A stretch of DNA of 64,000 nt from Paramoeba atlantica. Taxonomy: Eukaryota > Protista > Discosea. The notes beneath the pieces were generated by a model. It saw only the letters and a list, made by a program, of their open reading frames with translations. It made no database searches and was not told the origin of the DNA. Made by a program: the position numbers and the translations under genes. Location of the stretch: NCBI GenBank assembly GCA_977017575.1, contig CDRNVI010000099.1, positions 124,001-188,000 on the forward strand. Reading direction: 5' to 3'. Shown here piece by piece: positions 49,288-62,700 of the stretch (position 1 is its first letter; every line of letters begins with the position of its first letter).

Positions 49288-49640
49288 TGCCCTTTCGAGC
49301 TACCAGATTTAGAAACTGGAGGGTCTCGGGGCCGGGGACACCATAGGTGGTGAAGGCCAAAGGGAAGAAACCGATCCCCCTGGCCCCCGCCATCTCTTCG
49401 TGAGTACGCCGTTTTAGGCGTTCCGCCTGCATCACGGTGAAGGAGGGCTCCGCTGCCTCCTTGTCCACATAAGAATGTGCCAGTGGGTTCACCACCGTCA
49501 CGTCCACTAGAACGAGCCTCTTCCCCGGGAGGAAATAGATGTCCGGTCCCCGTCCGTTGTCAAACCTAGATTCGACCAGATCCGGGGTGAACCCATACTG
49601 AATCAATAGGTTCCGGAACGTCTCCTTAACCCCTTGTGAC
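49277..49640 (-). mobile_element. CRE/SLACS-like RLE fragment
   Basis: LLIQYGFTPD..GPDIYF..LVDVTVVNP..FFPLAFTTYG, homologous to 6366..7390. Confidence 0.75.
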
Positions 49641-49689
49641 GGGAGGATTGGGTCTTCAATTCGGAAGGCGGCAAGACCTTCCATAATGA

Positions 49690-50670
49690 TTGGTGGTTTT
49701 CACTATCACTGAGATAATCGGATGTGAAATGGGCCGCACCCATTGGAAGTTGATTTCTCGCAGAGATCAAGAAACACTCTATGGTCTGTTGGTGTAACAG
49801 ACTGTTGGCGTGGATATTCCGGCATTGAGGAATTTTGCCGCTACCACGCGGTAAATCACAGCAAAGAGTTTGTAGAGCTGCATGGGTACGACACTAATCA
49901 TGCGGAGTGTCTACACGGCATCATAAAAATTTGAACGTACCTTCAGCATTACAACTATGGAATGTCCTCAATGGATTTGAAAAGAAATTTGTGGGTGCTT
50001 TTGAGACCCAGTGGCACAACACGCTTGAAACTGACTGGCGCATGATTCAAATTCCCGAAGACGGAAATTTGCGAAACTTGCCAATGCGTATAATCTGAGG
50101 GGGGGTGCGCATTTCTATGGTGCACGTACATGGCGCAGTATGGATGACGTCCCCCGTGGGGAAGAAGCTGTGACATGGAGGAAGAATCACTCTCTGTTTC
50201 GGAATCCTGTATGTCCTCGACATAGGGATGCGGAGATGAAGGATATCCCGGAAAACCAGGAATCTCTATCTGCATGTTTCACGCGGATGGGGAGCGTAAT
50301 CCGTGCAGAGAGAAGGTGAGCAAGTTTCTGCCGTTCGTTAACACGAGGACAACTTTGCAACCAGGCCAGCTTTTGTTACTCTTTGGGGATATCGCGAATA
50401 ATATGTGTGTCGGACAGATTGCCAGATTGCACCATAAAATCGTGTCAAAGTTTATTCATGATATCGGGAACGCTGCTCTGCACCAAGAAGAACATATGAA
50501 TTTGGTCGGATGCAGGTTGACGAAATCTTCATCGGGAAAAGGAATTATCACCGCGGAAGGCGGCAACGCCATACTGGTTAGTGGTTTGTCAGTATCACTG
50601 AGATAATCGGACGTGAAATGGGCTGCACCCATTGGAAGTTAGTTTCTCGCAGAGATCAAGAAACACTCCA
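49690..50670 (+). mobile_element. two partial, degenerate copies of a second Merlin-type transposase
   Basis: TDCWRGY..AVNHSKEFV..DTNHAE (49790-49934) and QVDEIFIGKRNYHRGR (about 50510-50560); about 90-bp direct repeat at 49695-49780 and 50580-50670. Confidence 0.7.
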
Positions 50671-50959
50671 TGATTTTATCACTCCCCATTCCGTTCCGAA
50701 TCCCTGTAACAAACTTTTAGAGAACACGAAAAGTTTGATACTGTAGACATTACCACGGGCTCAGAGGGTGATGATCCGGACTGGGATCCAGATGACGATA
50801 TATCATGCTATCCGGGTACCGCACCGACGACAGGGACTCTAGCGAAGACGAAACGCCTCTTTTCACGGGGTGGACTCACGAAACCTCTCATACACTGGAG
50901 GTTTATGAGGTGTATGAGGAGGTGTACGATGAGTAAGGAAGAAGTACATGTGCAAAGTG

Positions 50960-53900
50960 TGCCTTCACGTATGTTGCAAAGTGAAACCGAAAGGTCTGTG
51001 CATCCTAGCGTCCCTCTTCCCTCTTCGGAAGTCGTGGCTATAGACAGTTTACAAGCTCCCGGCAGAAGGCCCTGTAAGCATACGTGCCGCGACAAGACAA
51101 ATTGTTTGCACCAGTGCTGCAAAATAGGAGTCCTCATCACGGGTGCTACAAATAATCCTCGACCAGAACGGCACCTCGGGGAGTCACCACTAACACGGTC
51201 ACATAGTCCGACAGTAGCCACATCGATAGAAACCGATCCGCAAGTCTCGACAGATGCCATACCGAGCGAAGAGGCCCAGTATGAGGAACTGCCAACCGGT
51301 AATCCGCCGTCGTCCGCCGTAATATCAGCAAACACGGCCAACTATCGCCCGTGTCGGCACATATGCAGCAATAAAACTCAGTGCAAACACCAATGTTGCA
51401 AGACAGGGGTCATGATCATCGAAGAAAACAGTCAGAATCGAACATGATCACTCAGGAATTTGTTTACGAGGACATTTCCTGCTGATGCTAGCATAATATC
51501 ACCACAGAATCACCCTAGCTGGCCATCCGAGACAGGAAACTTGAGCGGTACGCAGGCTGTAAACCACGAACTCTCTCCTACACGCACTTCCCCGGAACCT
51601 CATGTTAGTAGAGATGGCAATATCCCACCTGAATCAGTCCCTCGCCGTAATTGCGCACATAAATGTAAAGACAAAACCAAATGTAAGCATTCATGTTGGA
51701 GTTCTCCTCAAAGCTGGCGAAATCGCATACTCTGCCATAAGCTGGACGGCGAAAAATATTCTATTCCCTGCGCTTGGTGATGCCGAACGCGCTGCAGCTT
51801 CTTCACAAGCTTCGGAACCGCCCGCCCCAGTCGTGGCACCCCGCCTACCAGTTCGCACCAACTCCCTGCCCCGCACGAGTCCACTGTCCAGCCCTCTACG
51901 ACATTTCCCACCAGCCCACGAGACGCAACCGGATTCCTCACCTTCTGTACCACGTATGGAATCCGTAGCAGAACCCGCGCCTTTGCCTTTACCTTTACCT
52001 CCCCCACCAGAAGTAAATCGCAGACGCACGATACTGCAGAGAATCCCTCGAGCCCAGCACGCCCCAGCCCCAACCATTCATCCCATTCCTGACCTGCAGA
52101 ATCTTCTCGAAACATTTGACACAATAACGGGAGGACGAGTTCTGGTACGTTTTACAGAGGAACAGTGGGGCAATATTATTGCGAAAATTGAGGAACGTTG
52201 CAATTTGTACGTGCACCCAGCGCGAAACGATGAGGATGCCCTGACTCAAGCTAAAACATTATCCGCGATCCTCGCCGTAACCGTCTTTGAAGCCGCACGG
52301 GAGAGCGACCCGACACACGGCTTTCCTTCTCCTGCGAACCAGAGCTGGCAGATGGCCCTTGGCCATCGAACGTACCACGAAGAGGCTTCGCACACATGTT
52401 CGCCAACTCAAACGTGCACTTACCTTCATGAAGGGGCCGCGAGAAACAAGCAGCGAGGAGAAATTAAGGAAGCAGAGAAAGCGTTGAAGTTGTACGTGGA
52501 GGAAGCTAATCTACAAAGAGGGAAATCGATCGACGATGGGCATTAACTCGGTTCCAGAGAAACCCGTGGACAGCTGCGGGCGAATGCCTAGATCGCACTG
52601 ACTCAATCCAGGAACCCGAGACGTCTTAACTTACAGTACCTCTTCAAGACGTTGAGAACTTCGCGGCATCATTGTCAAAACCTGAAGAGAATCACAGCAT
52701 ACCCCCCGCCGAGTTCTTGGGACCACGGCCTGACATCGACATGCCATGGTCGGACATTGACGCCGAAATGATAGCATCTGCTGTATCTTCCAAGCGCTCG
52801 GGCGCTGCTCCTGGATCAGACACTGTATCCAACGCTCTGCTCAAGCGTTGTAGCCCTATCTTTGTCTACATCGCTCAAGTATTCAATGATATCCTTAAAT
52901 TCGGGATTTGCCCCCCCACTTGGAAATCTGCCGTAACTCGCCTCATACACAAAGGAGGTCCTACATCAACTATGGAGAATTGGCGACCGATAAGCTTAAC
53001 TAGTTGCATAGGGAAACTTTTCCATTCAATCCTGAGCCACCGAATCCTTCAACATTCCTTGGATTCTCATGCGCTCGATACATCAGTACAAAAAGGATTT
53101 CTACCACACATGAATGGGACCGTCGAGCATACACAAGTCTTATGCGAGCTCCTTGAACACCAACGACGTCACAAACGGCAATACTTACTGGCACAGTTCG
53201 ATATCAAGAACGCTTTCGAATCTATCCCCCACGCAGTACTGTTACAATCCCTAAAATGGGCCCGTGTCTCCCCAATTCTAATTAACTATATCAGCGAGCT
53301 GTACAAAGGAGCATCTAGTCAAATCAAGTGTGCTGAAGGCCTTACGAAGTCGATCGAGACCGACCGTGGAGTATTACAAGGAGATACACTGTTGCCGATC
53401 TTATTCAACTTGGCAATGGAATTGGTTCTTCGCTTCATCCGTTCAAGTTGCCCACAGTACGGAATCACTTGGGATGGAAAGGAACTTTTCTGAAGGCCTT
53501 TGCTGACGACCTCAGTATACTCACGAACACACCAAAGGAAATGCAAATTGCCACGAACGTACTGGTCAAAGTTCTAGGCGACATCGGAATGAAATTGAAC
53601 GCAAAGAAATGTCGGATTTAACACATGGCAATGACTCAAGCCTCAGGCTACATGACAAGACGCCCGCAGATAATGATTGACGCAACACCTATTCCTCAAA
53701 TATGCGATAATGGTAGCACATTCCTGGGTATGACTCTCGCACCTGGTGCCCAGCATGGTAAAATTCTGTTCCTAAAGCTACGCAATCGACTCCGTACTTG
53801 GTTACGCAACATATCTTCCAGCGCCCACGACCTACCCGCCCGACTCTGGATATCCAATAATGGTATTATCTCCCGCCTTCGCTACTCTTTTGTTGGCAAT

Positions 53901-55161
53901 TCATGTCTGACTTTTAACCACGTTCTGCGCCTCCAGCGATGCGCTACAAATGAAATCAGAAAATGGTTAAATGTAGCAAAATCCGCGACAAGCGAACTGT
54001 TGTACTCCGAGCATGGTTGGAACCTCGTGAGCTTATCCAAACTATGGCTTCTTTCAACCGCGAGCGCCGTGGAACAAATGGAGAAATCACGCGATCCCGA
54101 TGTCCAGCACGCCCTGCGAGAACGCATCAGGAAGAAAACAAGAGAAAAGCGGGGTACATTCGTCCGCCGACTGGCATACTCGGTTCAACTCACAATAACG
54201 TGCGACGACTTCTCGACAGTGAATATGAGAGGCATCTTTCGGAAGCCGTGCAAAGACGCACTTCAGTTGCGGGAAGATGGTTCCGCGTAGCGACGGAAGC
54301 AGACCTCGCGAGGGACTTCGCTGCCGCCCTATGTAATCTCAAAAGCGAATCGCTATCACGATTTACGGCTTCCGTACTAACAGAAACGCCACTCCCCACT
54401 AGAGTGTCTCTCCGCAAATGGGGCGTATCGACACACACAAGCGACAAGTGTCCCATTTGCGATACTGAAACGCAAACCGCGCGACATATACTCTCCGGGT
54501 GTAGAAAAGCACTCGAGCAAGGACGATATACTCTGCGACATAACATGGTGCTACAAGCCCTCGCAAACTCTGTGCAGAAATTCCAAGGGACCAGTCTATA
54601 TCACTTTGACCTCCCTCACTTTCGCTCTACCCCTCCGTGGCTCACGGAACTCGACACCGAGCTGCGACCGGATGGGTGGGTGAAACTGTCCAACGGGGAG
54701 GAGTATATTATAGAATTGACGTGCCCCTGGGAGGAAACTTTTGTCTACGCACACGAAAAAAAAACTGCCAAGTACACAAATCTCTACCATTCCCGCAAGC
54801 TCACAAACCCGAGCACTTTCCTACTCGTTTTCAAAGTCGGAGCGAGAGGAAAAATAAGCAGTGCTGGTCGAACTCTGAACTCTCTATTTATGGGTAACGA
54901 TGAGCTGGTGGCTGAGTGCCTGCGCAATATGACCGTGAAGGCTCTGAGAGGGAGCTTCATAGTATATCAAAACCGCAATGACAAAAATTGGATGGAGGAG
55001 AACGTTCTTGGTGACGCTGGATAGAAACAGGTGACTAAAAGGCGTTTTGTGCGCGTTTTCACCACATAAATCTGCAGGATTTCCTCTGCAGGATTACCTG
55101 TACAATATATAATAGCCTGTACAATATATAATATACAATATATATGTATGATGCAATATAT
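50960..55161 (+). mobile_element. RLE-type non-LTR retrotransposon copy D (5'-truncated, very close to copy B)
   Basis: Zinc fingers, RT 52672-53600 and RLE 53963..55024 near-identical to B; several frameshifts; 3' end TATGATGCAATATAT preceded by short tandem duplications. Confidence 0.9.
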
Positions 55162-55656
55162 CAAAAGAAATTGACGGGTGCTGCTTTCTTTGCCAAGTCG
55201 GGCGTCCAGCGGCCCGACACGAGAAACGACATAAAAGTGTACCCGGTTGTAAATTTTGACTTCGCAACGGGTATCCGAGCCGGTGACTCTGATACGGACG
55301 TCGCCGTAAAGCAATAAACCACTTACGAGGAGTTACCGTTCATTTGTTTGTCGACGGCGTTATATCTTGTGTTCCGTGCAAAACAATATTCGAAGCAAGG
55401 AAACGTTTTCCGCGGCACTGTGCATGTAGCACATTGTGCGCCGAAAACTGCACCAGTCAGCAAGCTCCTCCCTAATGTTTCAGCTGCTGACCAAGAAGCA
55501 AAAGCTCAGTTTACTATTGAATAAGCTTCTATTATTAATATTTTTACTTTTATTATTATTACTGTTCATGTGGTCCAATTGACTGCATCACGGTTGTTCA
55601 GAAAAAGGGGCATACAGATGTACGCGCACGTTGGCTTCAACACCGCAGATGAAGCG

Positions 55657-55819
55657 ATGTGTTTATTCAATACAGAATCATATTTAGATCTGCAGAGGTA
55701 AATTTCTACCTATGCTACGGTCGCATACGACGACCCCGCATAGGCTGTTTTACTAGCCTAGCCGCCCCCTTTCCAGTCGGGTGATTCCCGGTTTAGCCAA
55801 ATAACAAAGCTACTACGAA
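55657..55819 (-). mobile_element. 163-bp 3' stub of the C subfamily
   Basis: Near-identical to 19953-20115. Confidence 0.9.
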
Positions 55820-56119
55820 GCCTGCGGCAAGCGTATCCTATAAAGGAATCAAGCGAAAAAGGCAACCCCCAGAAGCGTAAGCACGGAAATTAAAGTTTTT
55901 CAAGAAAGTGCCAAAGTGAACACTCTTTTTTAAGTTTGGGGATTTTTTTGTACGATCTTTGTATTTTATGGTCACCTACTTCAGATAGCTCTGAAAAACG
56001 AATAAAGGAATAGTTTTTTTTGAAAAGAACAACAATTGAAGATTTTGCTTCCACTAATTCTCTGTTGAAATTCGTCCACAGCACCCTTTGTAATATTCGT
56101 CGGATCTAAGTTTTTCTGC

Positions 56120-57030
56120 GGTTCTTACTTACACCACTTATACTTGGTGTCTCGTAAATCCTCTGTGGAGATTTCCAGATTCTCCGACGAGGCTGTGGGG
56201 CTACACCAGCTGTCTATCGAGGCGCTGAAGAAGGGGAGGCCGGACCCAGGAGTCCGCGCTAAGACCCCAATCAAGTCCCGCGCTTGTGACTTTTGTGGCC
56301 TCCTTTTTGTGCCCGCCAAACGCAATATATGCTTGTATGACGAGTGTATGTCCCTACGTGCTCAGCACAGAAAAGATCTTTGTGCGCGTGCGAAGACTCA
56401 AACTCCCCGGATCCCTCCCCTCTCTCTGCTTTTTCAGCCAGGTCCTCTCGGCACCGGTCGGTGACCCGTAGACCCCCGCTCTCTCTCCTCTCTGAGCCGC
56501 TCCCGGAAGAAAGCTAGCACTCCTCATGCGAAAGCCCCTGCTCCTATTCTGAGGAAATCGTCAACCGTTTCTTTTGCTCCTTTCTCCCCAGCTAACCTCT
56601 CCTCGAAACCCTTCGCCAGTTACCCGGATGGACGGCGGAGGCATCGAGGCCCGAGATTCTCTCCTGGTCTATGACAAGAACACCCATAGAACTCCCGTCG
56701 GCGCCAGATGTTGACCGGAAGGCCACAAGCCTGGCGCCGCTTAGAGCGCCAGGCCCGTCCGGATGGACCAAGGAACTCCAGGTCCCATCCTGCAGGAGGA
56801 CACCCGAGGGACGTGATCAATTGGATCATACAAGGGATCCTAACCAACTCCCTCCCCCCCACGATGAGGGATTTTCTCACGGGAGCAAACCTCAAGCTTT
56901 TCAACAAGCCTGGGGCCCCGGTGGGACACCACTCCTCCTACAGGCCTATTGCCATGGGGGAGGTCCAACTGAAGCTCGCAGGGCTACTGGCCCTCGAACA
57001 AGTCAGAGACCACCTCCCGGCCGTGTAAAA
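56120..57030 (+). mobile_element. CRE/SLACS-like retrotransposon fragment (Cys-rich region and RT start)
   Basis: CDFC..CLYDEC motif; FLTGANLKLFNKP..YRPIAMGEVQLKLAG resembles the CRE-clade RT motif RPIAxGE. Confidence 0.65.
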
Positions 57031-58057
57031 AAAGGTAGAAACCGATTTATTTTTGTGTTCCCCACAGCTGCCAACCCTGTTTGTCGAATTCAATGGGAAA
57101 GCACATGTGCCGCTGTCGGCACGGGCCCGATCCTGCGCCTTCTCGTACAACAAGAGATGGGTAACAAGGCAAGCCGAGGAGAGGTCGAAAGATCCGGTCC
57201 GAAGCACGTGCGGATAGATGGGTCGTGATCTTGCCCCCCCCCCCCACAAGTTAATTTCACCCTCCGTGAGGCATCACAGGGAGGATGGCTAAAACGTCGG
57301 AAAGCAGAAAAGGTTAAGGAGGTGGGTGAAGGGTCAATAGTAAGCAGGATAATATTGAAGTAAAAAGAAAAGAAAGATAAAAAATCGATAAGGATACATT
57401 TTATGTACCTTGTTGACTTCTTTTTCCTTCTTATTACAAGTTCCTTTGGAATGAGCGAGGTTTTCTCAGACGACTTGAGTGATTACTGTCCAGAAAGTGA
57501 AGATGATTATTCGGACAATATTGAAGATTCAGTCTATCCTCTGTCAACAAATTTTTCTTCTCGAGCAAGGCGTCACAGTAATGATCTAGAGCGGTGGGTA
57601 TGGAACCCACTTGCACCTCCTTCCCCTACCGAAATGAATTACTTCTGTGGACACAAGACGCTTTTTGCACCATCTCACGTGTTAATCGGGACAAGCCTGA
57701 TCTGTGTTCGATCATGATCAATGAGCTTCGCGAAACAGGCACAGAGCACCTGATCCGAGACTTTGAAAAGTGTGCTCATAGAGCGTGCGCATAGAGAGTT
57801 TATAAAAGAAAAAAATAGAAAAAAAAGTGCACCTTTTGTACTTTTCCTTGTACTTTTCCTGAACCAACGTATTCAGGATGTGTTTCTGAGTAGTAAATTT
57901 TATAACTAACGTATAAAGAAGTGTTTGTGAGTAGTAGACGGATATGAATCGAAAATAGTAAATCGATGAGAAAAAATACAAAAACGATTGTGTTTCCCGG
58001 TAATGAACAACGCCACCATATTAAAAAAAGAATAATGAAAGAAACACAACTCACTCG

Positions 58058-58717
58058 TCAATATAACTGTATAGCAGTTCCACCAAATTGAAAAGAACAT
58101 TCTGAAAGGAGACCCGGCGGTAGATCATTTTTCCGATAAAAGCCTTGAAGGTCGTTGTTCTCTTGTAGGTAGAGTAACTCAAGACTGCGGGGGAGATCTT
58201 CGAAATGCAGAATTTCGGTAAAATTGTTTTCTGCAATCACGAAGTGTACCATTGACCGTGGAAGGTAGCTGAAGTCTAGTGTTCCACTAAGCCAGTTGGT
58301 CGAGGCTCGGAATTTCCGCATATCACGCGGTAAATCTTCTAAGTTCAGTTCCCCGGAAAACCGGTTGTGCGATAAATATGCCATGCGGAGCGTTCGAGGC
58401 AGATATGCGAGTGGAATATGCCCAAAGAGCTCATTTTCGTGCAGATATAGCTGCTCCATTGTAGCGGGGAGATATTCCCATTGTGGGGTGCCGCGCAGTG
58501 TTTTCCATGCGAGGGAGAGCTGAGCGACTTTTCCGTTTTCCCAACATGTTACACTAGGCCACTCACATACCGGGACATCGGAAATCCACTTGTATGATTT
58601 TGAGGTAATGTTTTGAAGAAATCGATCCAGTAGCTGCTCTTCAGGGAGAGAAGCAGCGCTGACTCTTCCGAGTCGCACAGGGACATCGGACGCGTTAAAC
58701 ATTTGCAAAGAAGTCAT
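58058..58717 (-). CDS. short LRR protein
   Basis: RLGRVSAASLP, PVCEWPSVTC cap, four to five LRRs (LPRTLRMAYLSHNRFSG). Confidence 0.85.
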   Translation of the reverse strand: MTSLQMFNASDVPVRLGRVSAASLPEEQLLDRFLQNITSKSYKWISDVPVCEWPSVTCWENGKVAQLSLAWKTLRGTPQWEYLPATMEQLYLHENELFGHIPLAYLPRTLRMAYLSHNRFSGELNLEDLPRDMRKFRASTNWLSGTLDFSYLPRSMVHFVIAENNFTEILHFEDLPRSLELLYLQENNDLQGFYRKNDLPPGLLSECSFQFGGTAIQLY

Positions 58718-59515
58718 GTAGGTAATTGTGTGGATAAAAATATAGGGTCACCGGCAGTATACGGTGTAGGTTCATTTTTTTTGTAAAAAATCTTTACATA
58801 AATTTTAACATGGAATGGTTTCATTACCCCCAATGGGTTTAGCGGCATCGCTTCCTTAGGCAATGAGGACCTATTTGTGACGTTCTCATTCTTACGATGT
58901 ACTAGCCTTTCCAACAGTGACTCGCTTTTCGAGTGCATTGAATGAACTCGAAGGATACTTACAAACGGAGCCCATCATTTCAGAAGAATCATAACCGGGG
59001 TCACCGAGCACGCCCCCGCCGCGAGCATGTCTGGAACTTTTTCAATGCAGCGCAATGGTTGAATCCACGGTTTATCAAGTGGACAACACGTCGTGAGGAT
59101 GGATCCTTTTTTTCTGACGCCCCCTGATGACAAGGTACGAAACGAGGGTTGGATAATGGTTCGCCTCTTTTTAACGGCTCTTGTGGTGAATCGAAGACTA
59201 TCGTATACCCCCCAGTAAGGCAGACCTCCAGTAAGAAAGATTTGGCCCTTTTTAGGCAGACCCCTAGTAAGGTACCTCCCACGGCGAGGTCGAGTACATT
59301 TTTTTGTCTGTGTCAAGGCTTTTCTTACGAGGACGAAAATTCGTCTTATCAATGGTTGGAAAGGTTCATTGCGCGGTTTCATGGGGCCTTCGAATACGCA
59401 GCTCAACAGCTGGATGATTATGAGCGTCATGTGATTCGTTGTACATGTGATTCGCCGTACGTGGCGAAATCTTGAGCTTTGACCTGTTTGTAGAGGGTGT
59501 CCGGGGTACGCCTCC

Positions 59516-59776
59516 GTGAGACTTTGTCGAAGCATTGCCGCTATTCCATATCGTAAAGATGCGGAGAAATCTATGAAGGCACACGGTCTCTTGGTCCTTC
59601 CCGAATGTCCCGATCATGGGAACCAGTTCATGGTTGACCTCCGGGGTAATGATCAGATGCGACGTTGTTTGCACCGAGAACCCGGTGGTGGGAATTCTTG
59701 CCGAAAGCACGTCAGCCATTTTCTCCTTTACATTTCGACCGACACTTGTTCGTCCCCTAGCACGCTTCTCTTATGA
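59516..59776 (+). pseudogene. Cys-rich N-terminal fragment of a Merlin-like transposase
   Basis: CPDH..CLHREPGGGNSCRKHVSHFL aligns by eye with CMFHADGERNPCREKVSKFL at about 50270. Confidence 0.45.
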
Positions 59777-62700
59777 CTTATCTTAATGCCGTAGTTGTGA
59801 AAGCGCCGTAGTTGTGAAGACCGTCTCTGTATACGCCAATACTTTCTTACCTGATCATTAATTTTATGCCAGACACATTACTTTCGTCCCCCCCTGAAAA
59901 TTACGCGACATAAAGCACAAAGTGTGCTTTCCTAGTGCTCTTCTCCTTAAAACGATTGGGAGTAACTGTTCGGGAAGAATTAGTTAGGATGCCTCCAAAA
60001 GCCATTCAGTATGTACAAGAAAAGAAGTCCACGACTCCTATCCTTGAGAGTGATGCTGTCATGGCGGAAAAGAGAAATACTGTGAATGAAGCGCGTATAG
60101 TCCGACGGACTCTTGCTGCGATGGTGCGCGGCGACTTTTCATCCGTCAGCTTGCGAGATGCGCTTTGCGCGCTTTCAGCAGAGTTGGAACACTCTGAAGC
60201 TGTCCCGGTCGCAGAAACAGAAATTCCCACTCGCGGAGACCAAAGCAATAAGGACCTACGAAAAGCCTTTTATAGTCTTATTGGGACGCGCGAAGACCCT
60301 CGATGCGATGTCCAACTACAACAGTGCCTAAGTTAGACACCGGTTTCAGTACAGAAACGTGGCTCTCGCCACACGTAAAGCAGGCAGTGAAGGAGTCGGT
60401 AGGCAACCGGCCTGACATGGTGTACTACGCCTAGCTTTTGGCAGACTCCTCTCCTGGTGCCCCGATAGAAGGCATCAATTCTGAGGGCGTGCGACTCGGC
60501 ATTTGGACCCTCCTGTGCAGGATGGGGGCGGTGCTGCTCATGCACCGCCTACGGTATGAGGGTGCTGCGGTGTCTGTAGAGACACTCGAGCATCTCATGC
60601 TCGACAATCATACCGAGACCACCAATAAATCCATTGTGGCCATTCTCGTGGGGTACGAACGTGCGTTGGCAGTGGTAAACCGCAATGCGTCCACCGTGTA
60701 CAAGGTTTCGGCTGAGACATTCCCTTCGGCCCCTCAAACCCCAGTGGCACGAAACGCCTACAAACGACCCATCCCCGGTAAAGTCCCCTCAGTCATCAAA
60801 GCGTGAAACTATCCACGCGCTCCACGCGGTACGTGCCATCACTGTGGAAAAAGAGGCCATGAAATCCGCGATTGCGAGGTGAAGGTCGTGCCAAACGACT
60901 TCTTGCACGGGCAAGATAGCACCTATCAGCGTAGTCATTCTGGCCCAGTGGTTCAGAACATCAGTTTTCGGAAGCAGTAGCTCAGGGTCGCAATAAAAGT
61001 TAATAAAAAGTTTATAATTATTTCAACGGATTGATATACAGGCACGTAGGAGTCACGTTTACAGGCACGTAAAGTTATGTTGTTTATATTTTCAAAAATC
61101 GGCTTTCAATTTTTTGCGAAACAGTGAAAATCCAGATCAGAATAATTGGGCTTGAGAAAAAAACAAATGCGCTCTTAAAGAATTATTTAATTCGTAGTAT
61201 CCTGTCTTAAATTGCTTTTAACAATACTGAATTCAGCACGCAGTACATGAGCTCACTATCCGTTTTTACAATATCGGCGTTTTTAAGAATGAATACGTTT
61301 TTCTCCGAAATTGTTGATTAGAATTCCTTTGACTCAAATATAACGCGAGAAGTTCTCAATATAGGTTCTAATTCATATACAGTAGATATGATATTTTCGT
61401 TCATAGCTTTTCAAAACTGTAAAGTCTCTTACATAAAGTAGCCAATCAACATCACTTAGATAGGAAATGCGCGAAGGCGCGAAAGTAATATCGACCTAGT
61501 GTGGCTCCAAAGAGGTTCAAAACAAAAGAACAGTTGCAGAAAATTTAATATATTTTCTTGAATATACAACATAATTACTATGGCATGGTCCAGACGACGC
61601 CGTATGAGTGATGAAGCCGTACAGGCTGACACACAAAGACTGATTCAAGTAAATGCGCACTCACAGCTCTCTCAATTTGCTGTGTCCCCAGAAACTGCTC
61701 GAAGACGGTCTCTTGATTTTTCAAGAATTGAGCATCTCTTGGGAGTGCACAGTGTGTGTAACCGGAGAAGCCTTCCTGGCTCTTTGTGCATGCCTCTCAA
61801 GGTTTTATCGGGCATCAAACCTAGAGGCTCTACGCTCCGCCCTAGTGTGGCGGCAGCTTGAAGATGAACCCATGGAGCGGTGCTGGTCACAAACGATCGG
61901 TTTTCGCCAGCGGTTCAAAGGAGCCACCTGTTTGTGCCTGGATCCACAACCCAGAGGTTACATAAACATAACGTCTTTTTGAAAGGCATCCCCATCATTG
62001 TTTCCGCTCTCCGTGACGCAGGGGGACGAAGAGCTGGGTCAACTGCAAAGCTTGGAGGTGTCACGCGCTGGCGTGGAGACAAGTTAACGTGTTTGTCTTT
62101 TTATACACTGGTCTGGATTGCGTGGCTTCGTTCATTTTCAGTGAAATTGCCAAGCGACGTCACGTTAGCGCATCTGTTCGTCGATGTTACCAACTTCTCC
62201 TGGAGCATGGTGCGGAAGCCCTGAAGTGCCAAAGCCGATAATTTCTCGACAAATGCAACGTACTTCATCTTGCACTCCGCAAATTTTCTGATATGATGAA
62301 TAAGCCCATGACGACGCAAGTTTCGCAAATGTTGGAGGAATTATATGAACACGCTTGTTCTGGTGAAGGTCCCGATGGACTTGACATTGTGATGCAACAC
62401 CATATGCGCCGTCTCAATAAAAATCACATGAATTTCTGGAAGGACGTTGTGTAGTTTCGTCCTGCTTTCATTCTACAGCACGCACGGCCGTGTGGACTGC
62501 AACCCATCTCTCTCGCTCATGCGAACAACTTAGGATTGGAGCGAGAGGAATGCCCAACACAACGGTATCTCAATTCGGTGCACTCTTCGACGGGGATGAA
62601 GAAGCAATATCATCTCGTTAACAACAAATCATACGAAGTGCAATCTTCGGATGCTACGTGATCTGGAATTGGCGAGAGGAACTCGCATGGTCGGATGGAC

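Noticed and set aside
55162-55200. LRR-like target (IS..KLTG) after the 3' end of copy D
   Set aside because: Requires an indel and no LRR frame continues; not counted as support for LRR targeting.
59123-59145. Hammerhead-like CTGATGA...GAAAC
   Set aside because: Intervening CAAGGTAC cannot form stem II and no flanking stems were found.
60347-60356. GTTTCTGTAC SL-like core on minus strand
   Set aside because: Only 10 nt; flanks do not match the consensus; no element follows.
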